DNA of 63,670 bases, filler included, from Globobulimina sp. (GCA_003354225.1; 36 parts of 36 records of this genome joined end to end with filler, not necessarily neighbours in it); one strand, 5' to 3'; shown: positions 22,843-35,748, numbered from the whole stretch's first letter. Translations and numbers: made by a program. The notes: a model not told the origin generated them from the sequence alone.

Positions 22843-23566
22843 GTAAGAAAACCATTTCAACCTTACAGCATGTCACACTTTTTGTTTTCTGCGCTGCCAC
22901 AGACACTGATACAGATACCGACGATGGGTATGATAANNNNNNNNNNNNNNNNNNNNNNNNNNNNNNNNNNNNNNNNNNNNTTAATTAATTAANNNNNNNN
23001 NNNNNNNNNNNNNNNNNNNNNNNNNNNNNNNNNNNNAAAATAGTTAACAAACACTCGTTATCACGATGCGTGATCACTGCAAGGTGTTTTTGATTTAGTT
23101 ATAACACATATGTGTCAAATGAGCGTTCTTACCACCGATCAACACTACGATATATCTACAATCCATTAAACTGGTTGCAAAAATCATTGTCGGTTTTTCA
23201 TGGTATTTTACGCATTGGAGAATTAAAGGATTTGCAACTTTGCTATTACTGGGATTAAAACCCAACAGTTGTAAATCCTTAAAGTATTAAATCCATAAAT
23301 CCATACGACAATGATTACCGAATTGTAGCATTCCCTGTCATTTTTTTTGAACAGGGGGGATAACAAACTTTGTGAAAACTTAATTTAAATAATTTAAAAG
23401 AAACAATTTGCAAACAAATCAACAGCTACATACATCCTTTTCACGTGGATAAATTGCAAAATGCAATATAGGACGATCCGCAACCTTAAGTTGCTTTGCT
23501 CACACAATCTCACACAAAACAGGATATAAACGAGATAAGAAACAAAACTTTTGTATACATAATACA

Positions 23567-24708
23567 TCAGTTTCCTTTCATTTGGGTATCGTATCTTTTC
23601 GTTTCCTTTACGAACTTACTTAATTCCTTCAACACTTCAATACGTAACTCACAATATCTCTTTCTTTCTTTTACATTCCTATTTATCTCCTTATCCATTA
23701 ATTCATTCTGATATGGAAATAATAAACCAAATAATAGCTCTTCTTTCTCCCCTTCAAACAATAACCGATACTTTTCATCAATACTCACAACTTTGTTTAC
23801 TAATACACCCCTTTGGAAGTTAAATTTGTTACATTCACAAATAAAATGATGGATATCTTCAATTACTTTCTTCTCCTTCTCTGGCTCGCATTGCTCACAA
23901 TTTATTGTTTTAAAACCGTATTTTTTCTGTCCATTTAACACAGTGTGTCCCGCCCTTAGTTGTGCGATGAATTTCCATTGCCATCGTAGTAACTTCTTCA
24001 TTTCAAACTTGTATGCATCCATATATCGTATATCCCAATCAATTAATTTCTTTATCAAAATACGACTTTTTTTATTTTTCTTTAATTCGTTTTTTTTTAT
24101 ACTTATCCCAATCACTTAATGTGTTATAAAATCCTTTCCTTTTATTCTCCTTCTTTATAGCCGTATAACTATAATTATCCCACTCATGATTTGTATATAC
24201 TTTTTCCACTTCATTCCATTCCAATGATCTATAAATGTTAAACATCCCTGCTTTTGCCATGTCGTCTGCTATTTCATTCCCTGTCTCATTATTATGCGCC
24301 TTGACCCATATCAAATGGGCTTCCATTCCAAAATCATTCAAATCTAATATTAGCTCATACAGCTTTTTCACTTTATTATATATTATTTTATTTTTTATCT
24401 CATATTTGCCTGCGATCCAGTTTACGACTGTTTCATTATCAATAATCATGCACACATAACCCGGCACTAAGTCCGGATCCTTCTCATAAATCTCGTTCAT
24501 CATCAATATAATACTTCAAATTAATTGGCAATTTTAACGCTCTCAAATGATATGAAAGTCTCTTCGGTATCACTCCATAACTCACATTTTTCATAAATCT
24601 CACATCTGAATTTTCTAATTTTGCTGCAGCGTCAAATAATTCGTAGAATAAATGATATCTTTTATTGATTTTCCGCCTAAACTTATCCTTAATTTTCATA
24701 TTTCGATC
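23567..24708 (-). mobile_element. Degenerate non-LTR retrotransposon ORF2 3' part (partial RNase H + Cys/His finger)
   Basis: LIWVKAHNNETGNEIADDMAK; QLRAGH...CEQC...EDIHHFICEC; split over three frames. Confidence 0.85.
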
Positions 24709-24809
24709 NNNNNNNNNNNNNNNNNNNNNNNNNNNNNNNNNNNNNNNNNNNNTTAATTAATTAANNNNNNNNNNNNNNNNNNNNNNNNNNNNNNNNNNNN
24801 NNNNNNNNC

Positions 24810-26153
24810 ATGTCACGGCGTCGAAGAGTAATCGAATCAGGGTCAGACTATGAAACAGAAGAAGAAACAGAAGACATCGCAGAGTTCGAAGACAGTCAAT
24901 CCAGTTCCCCATTACGAAGTTCTAGAATAAGTAAAATTCGTTCGGTAAGGTCTCAAAATGACAGCAATTATATCAACACAGTCTCTGAATCAGATTACGA
25001 AGAAGATGAGGAGGACCATAATCGCAATCGGGGCAATCGGAGTAACCGGAATAACAGAAATCAAAATCAAAATAGAAATAGGAACAGAAACAGCGATGCT
25101 GATGATGGTGACACGGATGATGCGATAGCTGACGGTATTGAGAGTCAAGTATTATACGACGAAGCTAAAAATGAGATTGAAGGCGCAGAAGATGTCTCAA
25201 GTGATGACAACAAAGAGGACGACTCAGAGAATGATGAAGAACCGGCTGAAAGCCATCCAAATTTCTCAATAATACTGCCATCATTTATTAGTAAATTAGG
25301 TGATAAATATAAGATAATTGATGGAGAAATCGAAGAACCGCATTTAACGCAATTGATTGATACCGCACAGTCATTGGCTGAATACAATTCAAAACAAAAT
25401 GTCAATGCTTATAAACAACAGACGCACGAATTACAAACTACAATGACAAAATTATTGAATTTATCAAAAGACATAAAAATTGAACAATTGATGTTGGTTC
25501 GGGTCTGCCAAGAGATCCGCGATGCAGATAATAGTTTTGACGCAATACAGACCGGTGATTGGCAGAGTTATTTAGAGTCTGCGCGCAATAACGTATCAAA
25601 TGAGATTGACTCTGAGGGCCGAGGACGAGATGAGGATAGCAACAGAATAAAGAAGTTTATTGCCGATACTACCGCGAATTATAAGGTGCAATTTAGAGAA
25701 GCAATACAGATCGATGAGATTGAGGATTATGACACTGATCACAGTGAGGATGGAGCAAATAATAGGAATAGGAATAGGAACAGGAAGAGAAATGATAATG
25801 AGAATGGATCGGATGATGATGATATTGATATTGTTGTGGATAAATCGAATAAAAATGTTGGTTCAATAAAATGTCCATTGACCGCTGACATATTTCAAAA
25901 ACCATTTAAATCGAAAGTTTGTGGACATACATTTGAAAAAGAAGCAATTAGTAAATATATTTCAGATAAAATTAGCGCTAATATGCGTGCGGAGTGTCCA
26001 TTATTTGGATGTTCAAATATTTTATCAATGGATGCTATGATAAGGGATGTGCGAATTGAGAGATTAATTAAAGCGCAAAGCAAAAATCAACAAGATGAGA
26101 ATTCGGAGGATGAAGCTATGTTTGATCTTACTGTACCTGATCCAGATAGATGA
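24810..26153 (+). CDS. NSMCE2: SUMO E3 ligase NSE2/MMS21 (SP-RING)
   Basis: C-terminal KCPLT...PFKSKVCGHTFEKEAI...ECPLFGC, preceded by a helical region. Confidence 0.8.
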   Translation: MSRRRRVIESGSDYETEEETEDIAEFEDSQSSSPLRSSRISKIRSVRSQNDSNYINTVSESDYEEDEEDHNRNRGNRSNRNNRNQNQNRNRNRNSDADDGDTDDAIADGIESQVLYDEAKNEIEGAEDVSSDDNKEDDSENDEEPAESHPNFSIILPSFISKLGDKYKIIDGEIEEPHLTQLIDTAQSLAEYNSKQNVNAYKQQTHELQTTMTKLLNLSKDIKIEQLMLVRVCQEIRDADNSFDAIQTGDWQSYLESARNNVSNEIDSEGRGRDEDSNRIKKFIADTTANYKVQFREAIQIDEIEDYDTDHSEDGANNRNRNRNRKRNDNENGSDDDDIDIVVDKSNKNVGSIKCPLTADIFQKPFKSKVCGHTFEKEAISKYISDKISANMRAECPLFGCSNILSMDAMIRDVRIERLIKAQSKNQQDENSEDEAMFDLTVPDPDR

Positions 26154-27226
26154 CAATGTTGTTTTTTTTGGTCCAGGAATTGATTTTTTTATACGTTGTT
26201 TTTTTAGATTATTTAATGTTAAGTAATAACTATCAACAACTAAACAATGGCAAACTCAGCCTTTGAGAAAGATGCACTGATTAAACGTGCGTGGAATATC
26301 TTGCTCCCATCATGTGTCCAAGATTTGGTACGTGAGGATTCTTTTGGTCTCGGTCCCACCCAAACCTGTACTCCTGATAAATTTTATGACATATTATATC
26401 TTTGGTGGAATCAACAATTGCACCGTGCGAGTCTCAATAAATTGCAACCAAATCATTTAAATGTACTTAAAAATTATGTANNNNNNNNNNNNNNNNNNNN
26501 NNNNNNNNNNNNNNNNNNNNNNNNTTAATTAATTAANNNNNNNNNNNNNNNNNNNNNNNNNNNNNNNNNNNNNNNNNNNNACATTTGGTCTGTCATTCGC
26601 TTTGAAGTTTGTTGATATTTGCAATAATCCAATTGAAGGAGTTATTGATTTTAAGGCATGCAATGCTACTCTTACAATGGCAAAGTACTTTAATATGAAA
26701 GGATGTAAATATGTCACAAGACTGGTAAACATACCCAATACATTACAATTTCTTTGCATTTCCAATTCAGGGATTACATCGCCAAATCAATTAGAATTTG
26801 TGAATGAAATGGGATTAACAGAAATTAGAACCAATCGTAATCAAACAAAACAGTGGGAAACGTTTTTGCGTCGAACTAGCAGAGAAGTGCGGGTTGATGC
26901 TCCTGGGATCTCTAATGGCATAGTAAGTATATTAATAATGGCATACTAATTAGTATTTTAACCATATTCATTAATAGTCGCTCATTTCCTGACCTTTTGT
27001 GTATACCGAAATTTCAAATAACATACAACATTATCTTGCAAAATGTAAGCAAACTATAAAATATAACTCAATTGAAAAGATATAAATACTGCGCTTTCTT
27101 ATACCATTGATTATTTTATGGGATATAAAAACTTAGCATTTGTTGTAATTGAACTTGTTCTTTTTGAGTCTAGTCAGAAAAAAAAAGTCTAAGCTGTTAA
27201 ACTGAAACAAGTACAATATATATAAA

Positions 27227-27943
27227 TTAGTCATAGGCTCCGCCAGTGTGTTGTACACTTTCTTCAACACTGTTTATCGACACCCGACGATCATCCTTTT
27301 TATATCCGTCAAATACCGGTATCAACCAATGCAAAGTAAAACTAATCGCACAAAACAATACAGTGCCAATGTCACAAACAATGACATAAATATACGGCTT
27401 AAGATAGCAATTTTCGATGCTATATTCCGAGAATATCGGTTTGCTGAAAATTTCAAAATGATTATTGCAGGATTGATATCCATTGCGTATTGATTGACAG
27501 TCCAATACCAATGACGTGAATATTAAACATAATAAAAATAAATATACAACGGTTAAAATCTTCCATTTACATTTATGCATTGAATCATGCACTTTGAGAC
27601 AGGCCACGAACACCATTGAACATATACAGCTTAATACAATTATGGAACACACTGCAATTCGAAGGAGAGAATTGGTGCGCGACCATCCACATTGATTTTT
27701 GCCATCGAAACGAGTATTGGCCACATCGAAGCAAAATGGCGATACGAATTTCATTATATCATTCTCGCAAATGTCCCTATTCCAATTACATTCTTTTAAT
27801 GCAGTGCTGCAGGGAAAATCTGCATGATTTCCAGCCTGCTGTGCGGAAAGAATTGTGGTGGTCAGAGCCAATGCAAATGTCAACAGCAATATGAATATCG
27901 TTAGTATTTTCGATTTAGCGATACAATGAAACAACTCAGCCAT
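27227..27943 (-). CDS. Four-TM membrane protein with Cys-rich loops
   Basis: Four hydrophobic segments with Cys-containing loops. Confidence 0.65.
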   Translation of the reverse strand: MAELFHCIAKSKILTIFILLLTFALALTTTILSAQQAGNHADFPCSTALKECNWNRDICENDIMKFVSPFCFDVANTRFDGKNQCGWSRTNSLLRIAVCSIIVLSCICSMVFVACLKVHDSMHKCKWKILTVVYLFLLCLIFTSLVLDCQSIRNGYQSCNNHFEIFSKPIFSEYSIENCYLKPYIYVIVCDIGTVLFCAISFTLHWLIPVFDGYKKDDRRVSINSVEESVQHTGGAYD

Positions 27944-28352
27944 TTAACTAAACTTTAAAGTTTTTTTTGTTTATGATGCAAATATAAACAAAAATAAAAT
28001 GTCGATCACAAATCCCGAGTTAGAAAACCGGATTTCTGATTTCAGAAACGTGCGGTTTCCAATTTTCAATCGATCCTTGCACAAAGCAACGAATTAAATT
28101 TACTTCCATGTCGCCCTTATTTGCATGTACGTACATTTTGAAAAAAAATACAAAAAAATACAAGTAGCGTACTATATTAATAATAACATACAAGCAAAAG
28201 AATAAAAATCAATCAATCATAGGCGCCGTGGCCTGGCTTGTCAGGAATGTGGNNNNNNNNNNNNNNNNNNNNNNNNNNNNNNNNNNNNNNNNNNNNTTAA
28301 TTAATTAANNNNNNNNNNNNNNNNNNNNNNNNNNNNNNNNNNNNNNNNNNNN

Positions 28353-29638
28353 AAAACACCAACAGTAAGACTAACATATTTCACAATGAGTTGCAATATC
28401 TCAAATGGAATCTGTCCAAACAATGAACTCACGAAAACTCTCAATTTCTCCTCATCCACCATAATCTCGATCAAATTCACTATTTCCTTTGCAGTGTAAC
28501 CATTTGTTTTCTCGCTCAAAATAGCAAAATCTTCTTCACATAAATTATTTGCAATACCTTCCATATGAATTTTAAAAATCTCACTTCTTGCATCTTTGTC
28601 AGGCATTGGAACATATATTCTCTTATTCATTCTTCTCCTGACAGCTCTTGGGATATTCCACGGGCAATCTGTTGCTAAAATTGTAAAGACATTATTTTTA
28701 TTTTTCCCAACACCTTGCATCTGAACCAACAGCTCAGTTTTCAATCTCCTCATTGCCTCTTCACCAACACCATGAAGCCTATGAAGCTTGTTGGTTGAAG
28801 TCAAAATCACATCACATTCGGCAATAAATATTATAGAATTGTTATATTGTCGAGCACATTCATACAGTGTACGAATAAATCTGTCCGCAGCAAATGTAGT
28901 CTCAGTAATTTCAATTAAATCTGTTCCTGACAGCTTAAAAAAAGCTATTTTGTTCTGGTATTTGCTTCCTTCATTTGCAGCAGCTTTGACTAACAATGAT
29001 TTACCACATCCAGCTGGCCCATATAATAATATTCCTTTCCAAATTTGTCTTTTCCCAGAAAATAACTGAGGGAATGCAATTGGTAATACAATGGATTCCT
29101 TTAATATTTGTTTGGTGCGCTGTAAGCCGGCAACATCACTAAAATTAACAGTTGGTTGTTCCATTAATTGATAGGGAGAAAACCTAAAATAATATAAAAC
29201 GAGTAACGTAATAAGTTCTGTTGGTATATTGCTTGGTAAAAATGATTGGGTTTGGTGACAATATCCAAATACCAACAACATTGTGTTGTTATCCACTTCG
29301 ATTGCGATATTTTGAAGGTTGTGTATGATGCTTGAAGTTGCACTGTCTGTTAACCGCATTATTGGATTATTTTCTTCTGTCTTTTCATTGTTTTGTACTG
29401 ATTCAAGTTTCGTTGATTTTTTATCTTTAATTGTAAGGGCTCTTTTCGAATATTTGATAACTTTCTCTTTAACTCTTGCAACAATTGTTGGATTTTTCGA
29501 ATTGGCATATTTCAAGTATGCCATCAAATATTGAACTCCTGTTCTGTAGAACTTATATGCTTCTTCAAACTGTTCGTCGTTTTCTAGTTGTATTGCTTGT
29601 TTGATTATCTCTATTCCTTTTTTCAAGAAAGCAGCCAT
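28353..29638 (-). CDS. Divergent VPS4-like MIT + AAA ATPase
   Basis: MIT helices; FSDVAGL...LKESIVLPIAFPQLFSGKR.. WKGILLYGPAGCGKS; RRLKTELLVQMQGVG; RRRMNKRIYVPMPD. Confidence 0.85.
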
Positions 29639-30523
29639 GTTTCATTCATTTACTTGCGCTAAAAAAGTCAGTAAAAAAAAACTTTTTAATCAACTTATCA
29701 GACAATCTCGCACTTTGATATACATGAATTCAAACAATTTTGATATGGAGAGAATAATGGAAAGTGTCTTCGATGATATTGACGAAATGATATTGCAGAG
29801 AAAAAAGAATGATATGGCCACATCATTTGCTAATTCATCCAATAACGTACGGCCATACCGTATTGCGGTAAATCCAATCGATACATCCATGGATACATCA
29901 TTTAATAGCGCCGTTTATTCAGATGATACATGTACACCGTTATCGAATACATATACCCCATTATCCAATACATCAACATGTACATCCATCTCTGTTTCAA
30001 ATTCATTAAATGATAACAATTATTNNNNNNNNNNNNNNNNNNNNNNNNNNNNNNNNNNNNNNNNNNNNTTAATTAATTAANNNNNNNNNNNNNNNNNNNN
30101 NNNNNNNNNNNNNNNNNNNNNNNNTGCTTTAAGGTAGTTGTGTACATCTGAAGTCGATACTTTTACAGCGTAATACACAAAAATTTTAAAACAGTTACCG
30201 TCAATGCTCAAAGTATGATTTTGTTACTTGTTTACTTATTGTAATATTTTTAAAATTTACTGATATTCAAAGCCGACAGGACCAGTTCCTCACCATTTAC
30301 AAAATTACATAAAGCCATATCAACCACAATCAAAAAGAAAGCACAAAAAATATATACAAAGCACACATAATAGCAGTACCAACACATTCTGCCAGACTCT
30401 AGATATGGCCCCATGTCCATGCTCACCGATTCTGTCTAACAGTTACAATGTAAGTTTTTTATTGATTTACAATGAATGACATAAAAATCCAAAAACAAAA
30501 ACAAAAAAAACCAACAAAAATAG

Positions 30524-31759
30524 AGGCATTTTGATGACGAAAACGATGATTTTGTAACAATTCAAGAATTAAACAGAATCAATGAAACCCTTTCGCTGCA
30601 TAAAAAAACAGAAAATGTCTCAACTCAAACAGATAAAATAAAAACTGTAACTAAATCCGTTTCAATTCAAACAGAAACTGAAAATACAAAAATAAATGAA
30701 TTAATTTCAAAGTTAACCAATGAATTAAATATAAAATCGTCGGATATTGTCATGTTGGAAAATGAAGTAAAACAATCGAAAAAAGAATTATTTGAATGTA
30801 GATTAGAAATAAATGATTGGAAACAACAAATCGAAGATCAGAATATTTATAACAACAATTTAATGAAACACTTAGATGAAAAATCAAGAAATGAGGCATT
30901 GGCACGACAAGAAATGAATGGCCTTTCAAGACAATTAGAAAACGCACACTTTAAATTGCAGCAATACAATAAATTGGATATAAATAATACGGATATAAAT
31001 AATGTGGAAATGGCAGAATTGCGGCAACATTTAATCGAATCGCAGCAAAAAGTAATTGACTGGAAAAAGAAATGGAAAATTCAATGTTTTAAAATTGAAC
31101 AGTTTGAATCGGAAAAAATAATGAACCAACACCGTGTCGATAAGCAATTGTGTGAATATCAAAACATTATTCAGGATTTTCGAAATATAATGAAAAATAA
31201 TTTAAATTCCGTTAATATTAATTTCCAAAATTTACACAAAGAAAATGTTTTATTGAAAAATGAAAATGAAAAATTATTGTTTGAATTGGGTAAGATTCAA
31301 GAAAATACATTCAATAAATTGAATAAAATGCATTCAAATTCGGAAAAAAACAGTGAAATTGTTCAATTAACGGAAAAATTAACTAATTTGGAAAAAGATT
31401 TACAAACAAATCACTTAAACGGTACTATGGATAAAGGCGTACAATGTATAAATACAAATGATATTGAAATTGATAAAGAATTTAATACAATAAGCATTGA
31501 AATATATCAATTAATAATAAATTTAAAAACAAAATCATGTGATATTGGAAACGAATATGGCTTGACCTCATTAACAAATTCATTAAATGACATGAAAATG
31601 TATCAAGATACTGATGATATCGACATAACGGCAATAATTATAAATTGTAAAAAAAGATTTTATGAAATTAAAGAAATAATCAAACAGCTATTAAAGTGGT
31701 TTGATGATATAATGTATCAACAAGCTGAAAACCAATGTGATCGATGCATAACACAATAA
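30524..31759 (+). CDS. Coiled-coil protein, terminal exon (upstream exons probable)
   Basis: Long heptad-rich ORF preceded by intron-like AT-rich segments; start approximate. Confidence 0.55.
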   Translation, partial: RHFDDENDDFVTIQELNRINETLSLHKKTENVSTQTDKIKTVTKSVSIQTETENTKINELISKLTNELNIKSSDIVMLENEVKQSKKELFECRLEINDWKQQIEDQNIYNNNLMKHLDEKSRNEALARQEMNGLSRQLENAHFKLQQYNKLDINNTDINNVEMAELRQHLIESQQKVIDWKKKWKIQCFKIEQFESEKIMNQHRVDKQLCEYQNIIQDFRNIMKNNLNSVNINFQNLHKENVLLKNENEKLLFELGKIQENTFNKLNKMHSNSEKNSEIVQLTEKLTNLEKDLQTNHLNGTMDKGVQCINTNDIEIDKEFNTISIEIYQLIINLKTKSCDIGNEYGLTSLTNSLNDMKMYQDTDDIDITAIIINCKKRFYEIKEIIKQLLKWFDDIMYQQAENQCDRCITQ

Positions 31760-31896
31760 AATTAAATAAAATAAATAAAGTAAAATATTTAAACTTNNNN
31801 NNNNNNNNNNNNNNNNNNNNNNNNNNNNNNNNNNNNNNNNTTAATTAATTAANNNNNNNNNNNNNNNNNNNNNNNNNNNNNNNNNNNNNNNNNNNN

Positions 31897-33567
31897 TGCC
31901 GGGCAGCGGTGTTTGCGGTGTTTCTGGTTCTTCTATGTCTTCCTCCTCAGCATTGTGTGCTTCATTTTTCTTCCTTTTCAATGCATAAATGGATGACTGG
32001 CTCTTTGAAACAGAAAATTCTTCATCAGTTTCGTCTGCGTTTGGTGTTGGCGAATCGAACAAACCCTCGGTTCCGAGGTTACTGGCTGCTCGTTTATAGT
32101 CAATGGATACGTGCGGTCGATGGCTATTGGCTGTGGTTGTGGTGGTATACGAATGAGTTGGTGTTATATTGACATCCGAATATTGCGTAGTTGTAATATC
32201 TGTGGTAATCGAGGTCAGCGTTGTGTGTGTTGTTTGTGTGGAGCTTTCCATCAGTTCGTGGTGGATTTGTTGGGCTGTTTGCACACTAACTTGTGATGCA
32301 TTTAATTGTATGGACACTCGAGGTGGTATATTTACTTCTTTTTCCTCGGGTATGGGTACGTCGGATATATCATCCAATATTGGTGAATTCCGTTCAGTTT
32401 CTCGCATATTGTTTATGTTTTGTATTATTTGCTCAAAATGGGCACTAACGTCAGGTGGATGCGGCTGTGGCAATATCACTTGTGTGGATATTGCAGGTGG
32501 TGTGGCTGTATCCGCTTCTTTGTTTTCTGGAATATCATCCCACATTTGTTGCAAATCATGATCACTCGTTTCAGATATTGTTGTTTCAGGGTCAGCCAGT
32601 TTGGTATCATAGGGTAAGAATACACCTTTTTTATTGGGATTAAAACCTGTGTTAACAATCTTATTTTTATCTGATTTCAATTCAGTGCGTAATGCGAATG
32701 ATCTGTTTTTAAAATCCGTTGGTTTATTTGGACTGTTTGAGGGTAATACTATGTTAGATTTAGTTCTGTTTTTATTATTATTATTATCAATTATCAATGT
32801 CGGAATTATTGGGTTAGTATCATCTGGGTTTGATACAGATTTATCACTCTCATCAACAGCGGCTTGCGAGGGAATGGCTGCCAATGATAACCTATTTGTA
32901 GCAATCATAGTTCGTTTGGGCCTGATATTATATCTTTGTTTGTATGCTTTTGCGTTTTTATTATTTGCTTTATGTGATGGCAGTGGTGGAAGAGCTGATT
33001 GTTTGTTGTGTTTAGGTTTAGTTATTTTGTAAGGATGAATAGGTTCAGTTTTGAATTGTATTTTCTTCTCATTTTGTGTTTTAGTATTTTGCAGATTAAA
33101 ATTGTTGACTAGATTCTGTACTAAATTTGTATTATGTGTATCTATATTATTTGGTAATGTTACAGGAGAATGCTGCACATTATTATTATCATTATTGTTT
33201 TGTATTTGTTGTGGATTTGCATTCGGTTTCCACATTGGTTTGGGCGCATTCATGGTCTGCAAAATACTCATGGTTTGAGCATTGAAAACTTCAATAGGTG
33301 CTACCATTTCAATGCTCTCCTCATAATCATGGTCATATTCATCATTTTCACCATCGGTTAACGTATATGGATTGATTTTAATATCATCACATCCTGATGC
33401 CAGAGATGAAGATGAAACATGTACAGAAACAGAGACAGATTCACCAGTCTCATCCTCATCCATCACCATGGCCATATTATCATTATCAGCCACATTATCA
33501 GACACATTATTATCATGATCAACATTATTATCCAATGTATTGGACTCTTTATCATTGCCATCCTCAT
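31897..33567 (-). CDS. Low-complexity/disordered protein fragment
   Basis: ORF spans the entire contig; N/P/T/S-rich. Confidence 0.55.
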
Positions 33568-33667
33568 NNNNNNNNNNNNNNNNNNNNNNNNNNNNNNNNN
33601 NNNNNNNNNNNTTAATTAATTAANNNNNNNNNNNNNNNNNNNNNNNNNNNNNNNNNNNNNNNNNNNN

Positions 33668-34318
33668 GAGCGAGATTGCGGGGATTATTTTATTAGGGAT
33701 GGAATCAGATATAATTCCAACACAAAAGCCGTTATAATGAAGCAAAGATTGTTTAGTAATAAAATTAAATTCAATTCCGATTCTATCATTGATTTCGAAC
33801 TCATTACTAATTGATTTATGTTTCAATGATTTAGTCCGTCGATAATTGGAATAAACTTCAAAATAATTATTAAAAGCGGAAACATATAGAGATTGTTCGC
33901 CTTTTCCTCCAAGGAAATATCGTGGATTTCTTACTAATTTGGGATTTAATGGATATTGAACATATCCAATCACACAATCAAGGGAATGAGGCTTAAATTC
34001 GATTAATTTGACCTCAAAATAGAATCTGTTATAAAGAGTTGATGAAATTACATATTCTTTTTTGGCGATACATACAACATCTTTATGACCAGAGGTACTT
34101 TGAATTTCATTGTTTTTAAATCTATCATTGATTACAAATTGATATTTGTTTGAGATTTTATCAGTAATTTCCCATTCTAACATTTCAATGCTAAAATACA
34201 TCAGAATGATATCATTAATGTCTGCCGGATAATGGTACAATGTTCTTAAATCTGTTGTATTTTGTCTTGTAAATCCTGATATCATTAACAATCGTTGTAT
34301 TTCTTTTTTACTTGACAT
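33668..34318 (-). CDS. SPRY/B30.2-like protein with N-terminal F-box-like motif, 3' truncated
   Basis: LLMISGFTRQ...PADINDIILMYF; NDRIGIEFNF...YNG..VG...IIPAISL. Confidence 0.6.
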
Positions 34319-35338
34319 GTCAATTGAGGAAAAACTTTATAAAATGTTCAAACATCAATATTTAAGTCGATCATGTATGTCATTATCATTTAGATATTGT
34401 TGCAGTCAAATAGAAGAATGGAAAGATATTCCAGGATTTTCCAGATATCAAATGTCATCATTTGGAAATTTCAAAAATAAAACATTCAATAAATTATTGA
34501 AAATCAATTATGACAGAATGAGATGCACAAATATATCGCCCCAAATATGGCTTGTAAAAGACGTGGGAAATGCAAGCAATGTTTCAATCTCAAGAACAAT
34601 ATTATCTGTATTTCATCCCATTACAACTGGAGTGAAATTCTTTGCAACGCATAATGATCATGATACAGATAACAATAAACTGTCAAATCTGGAATGGAAC
34701 AAATGTCACAAACCAAGAGCTAATGTTAATGGTGGCAACACATCGGCAATCACATTACAATCAAATCACTGCGATAACTTCACTTTTGAATCTAGAATTT
34801 CTTGTAAGACATATCTAGAATCATTGGGTGTAAACGTATCACTGGCTACGATTTCAAGATTGTGTGTGAATAATTCACAACGATTCGGATATAGATTTTC
34901 ATTCTCTGATGTTTCTAAATATCAAAATAGAATACCAGATATAGATGGAGAATTGTGGAAATTATTTGGCAATACAGCACATGGTACAAAATATTGGGTA
35001 TCTAACAAAGCAAGAATGAAATCTGTCAAACGAAATGGCCGTGAACAGCTCTTAAAAATACATTGGTCCGGCGGGTATTTAAGAGGTCCATATATACGGA
35101 GAGTGCTTGTTGACAAATATAAGCCGACATGTTTCTTACACAGAATTGTAGCAGCGTGTTGGGTGCCAAATCCAAACAACTATGTAATGGTAGATCACAT
35201 TGATACAATTGTTGAAAATAATCATCCCTCCAACCTGCGGTGGGTTGCAAACAATGAAGAGAATCATGCCAATGAAATTTCACGAAAGAACATGTCAATT
35301 GACATCAAACTACAACAAATTTCATTGGTTGGTGCATC
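34317..35338 (+). CDS. Tandem NUMOD4-HNH homing-endonuclease-like protein, 3' truncated
   Basis: EEWKDIPGFSRYQMSSFG; HNDHDTDNNKLSNLEW; GELWK..YWVSNKAR; LHRIVAACWVPNPNNYVMVDHID..NNHPSNLRW. Confidence 0.85.
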
Positions 35339-35438
35339 NNNNNNNNNNNNNNNNNNNNNNNNNNNNNNNNNNNNNNNNNNNNTTAATTAATTAANNNNNN
35401 NNNNNNNNNNNNNNNNNNNNNNNNNNNNNNNNNNNNNN

Positions 35439-35654
35439 GGTGCATAATGAAGCAATGTCTTTCTCCAATAACGTCACTTCTTTGCCGGGACGGCTGCCGC
35501 GAACGGATAATAATTTTGAAATCATTTGGTCAATGTCAATGGATTTGTTGTTTGAGTTATTGTTCTTATTCTCCTCGCTTGCTTTTGCTGATTTATTATT
35601 TCCATTGTTATTATTGTTTGTTTTTTGTTCCGATTCGTTCATTTCCACTTGCAT
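35439..35654 (-). CDS. PPP1C: Protein phosphatase 1 catalytic subunit, N-terminus
   Basis: IDIDQMISKLLSVRGSRPGKEVTLLEKDIASLC. Confidence 0.8.
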
Positions 35655-35748
35655 TGGTTTGTATATTTGTTGATTGTTTAAATGTGAGATGGCAGGAAGC
35701 TCTTTAAATAGCCTATGAGTTCGAAGTACAAAATTAAGTGAATAAGAT

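Noticed and set aside
23226-23280. 14-bp hairpin AAGGATTTGCAACT/AGTTGTAAATCCTT
   Set aside because: An isolated stem with no further supporting structure or recognisable motif
31909-33619. Numerous short + strand ORFs, and similar shadow ORFs elsewhere such as 3565-4038 and 44337-45206
   Set aside because: They are antisense or alternative-frame shadows of low-complexity coding sequence
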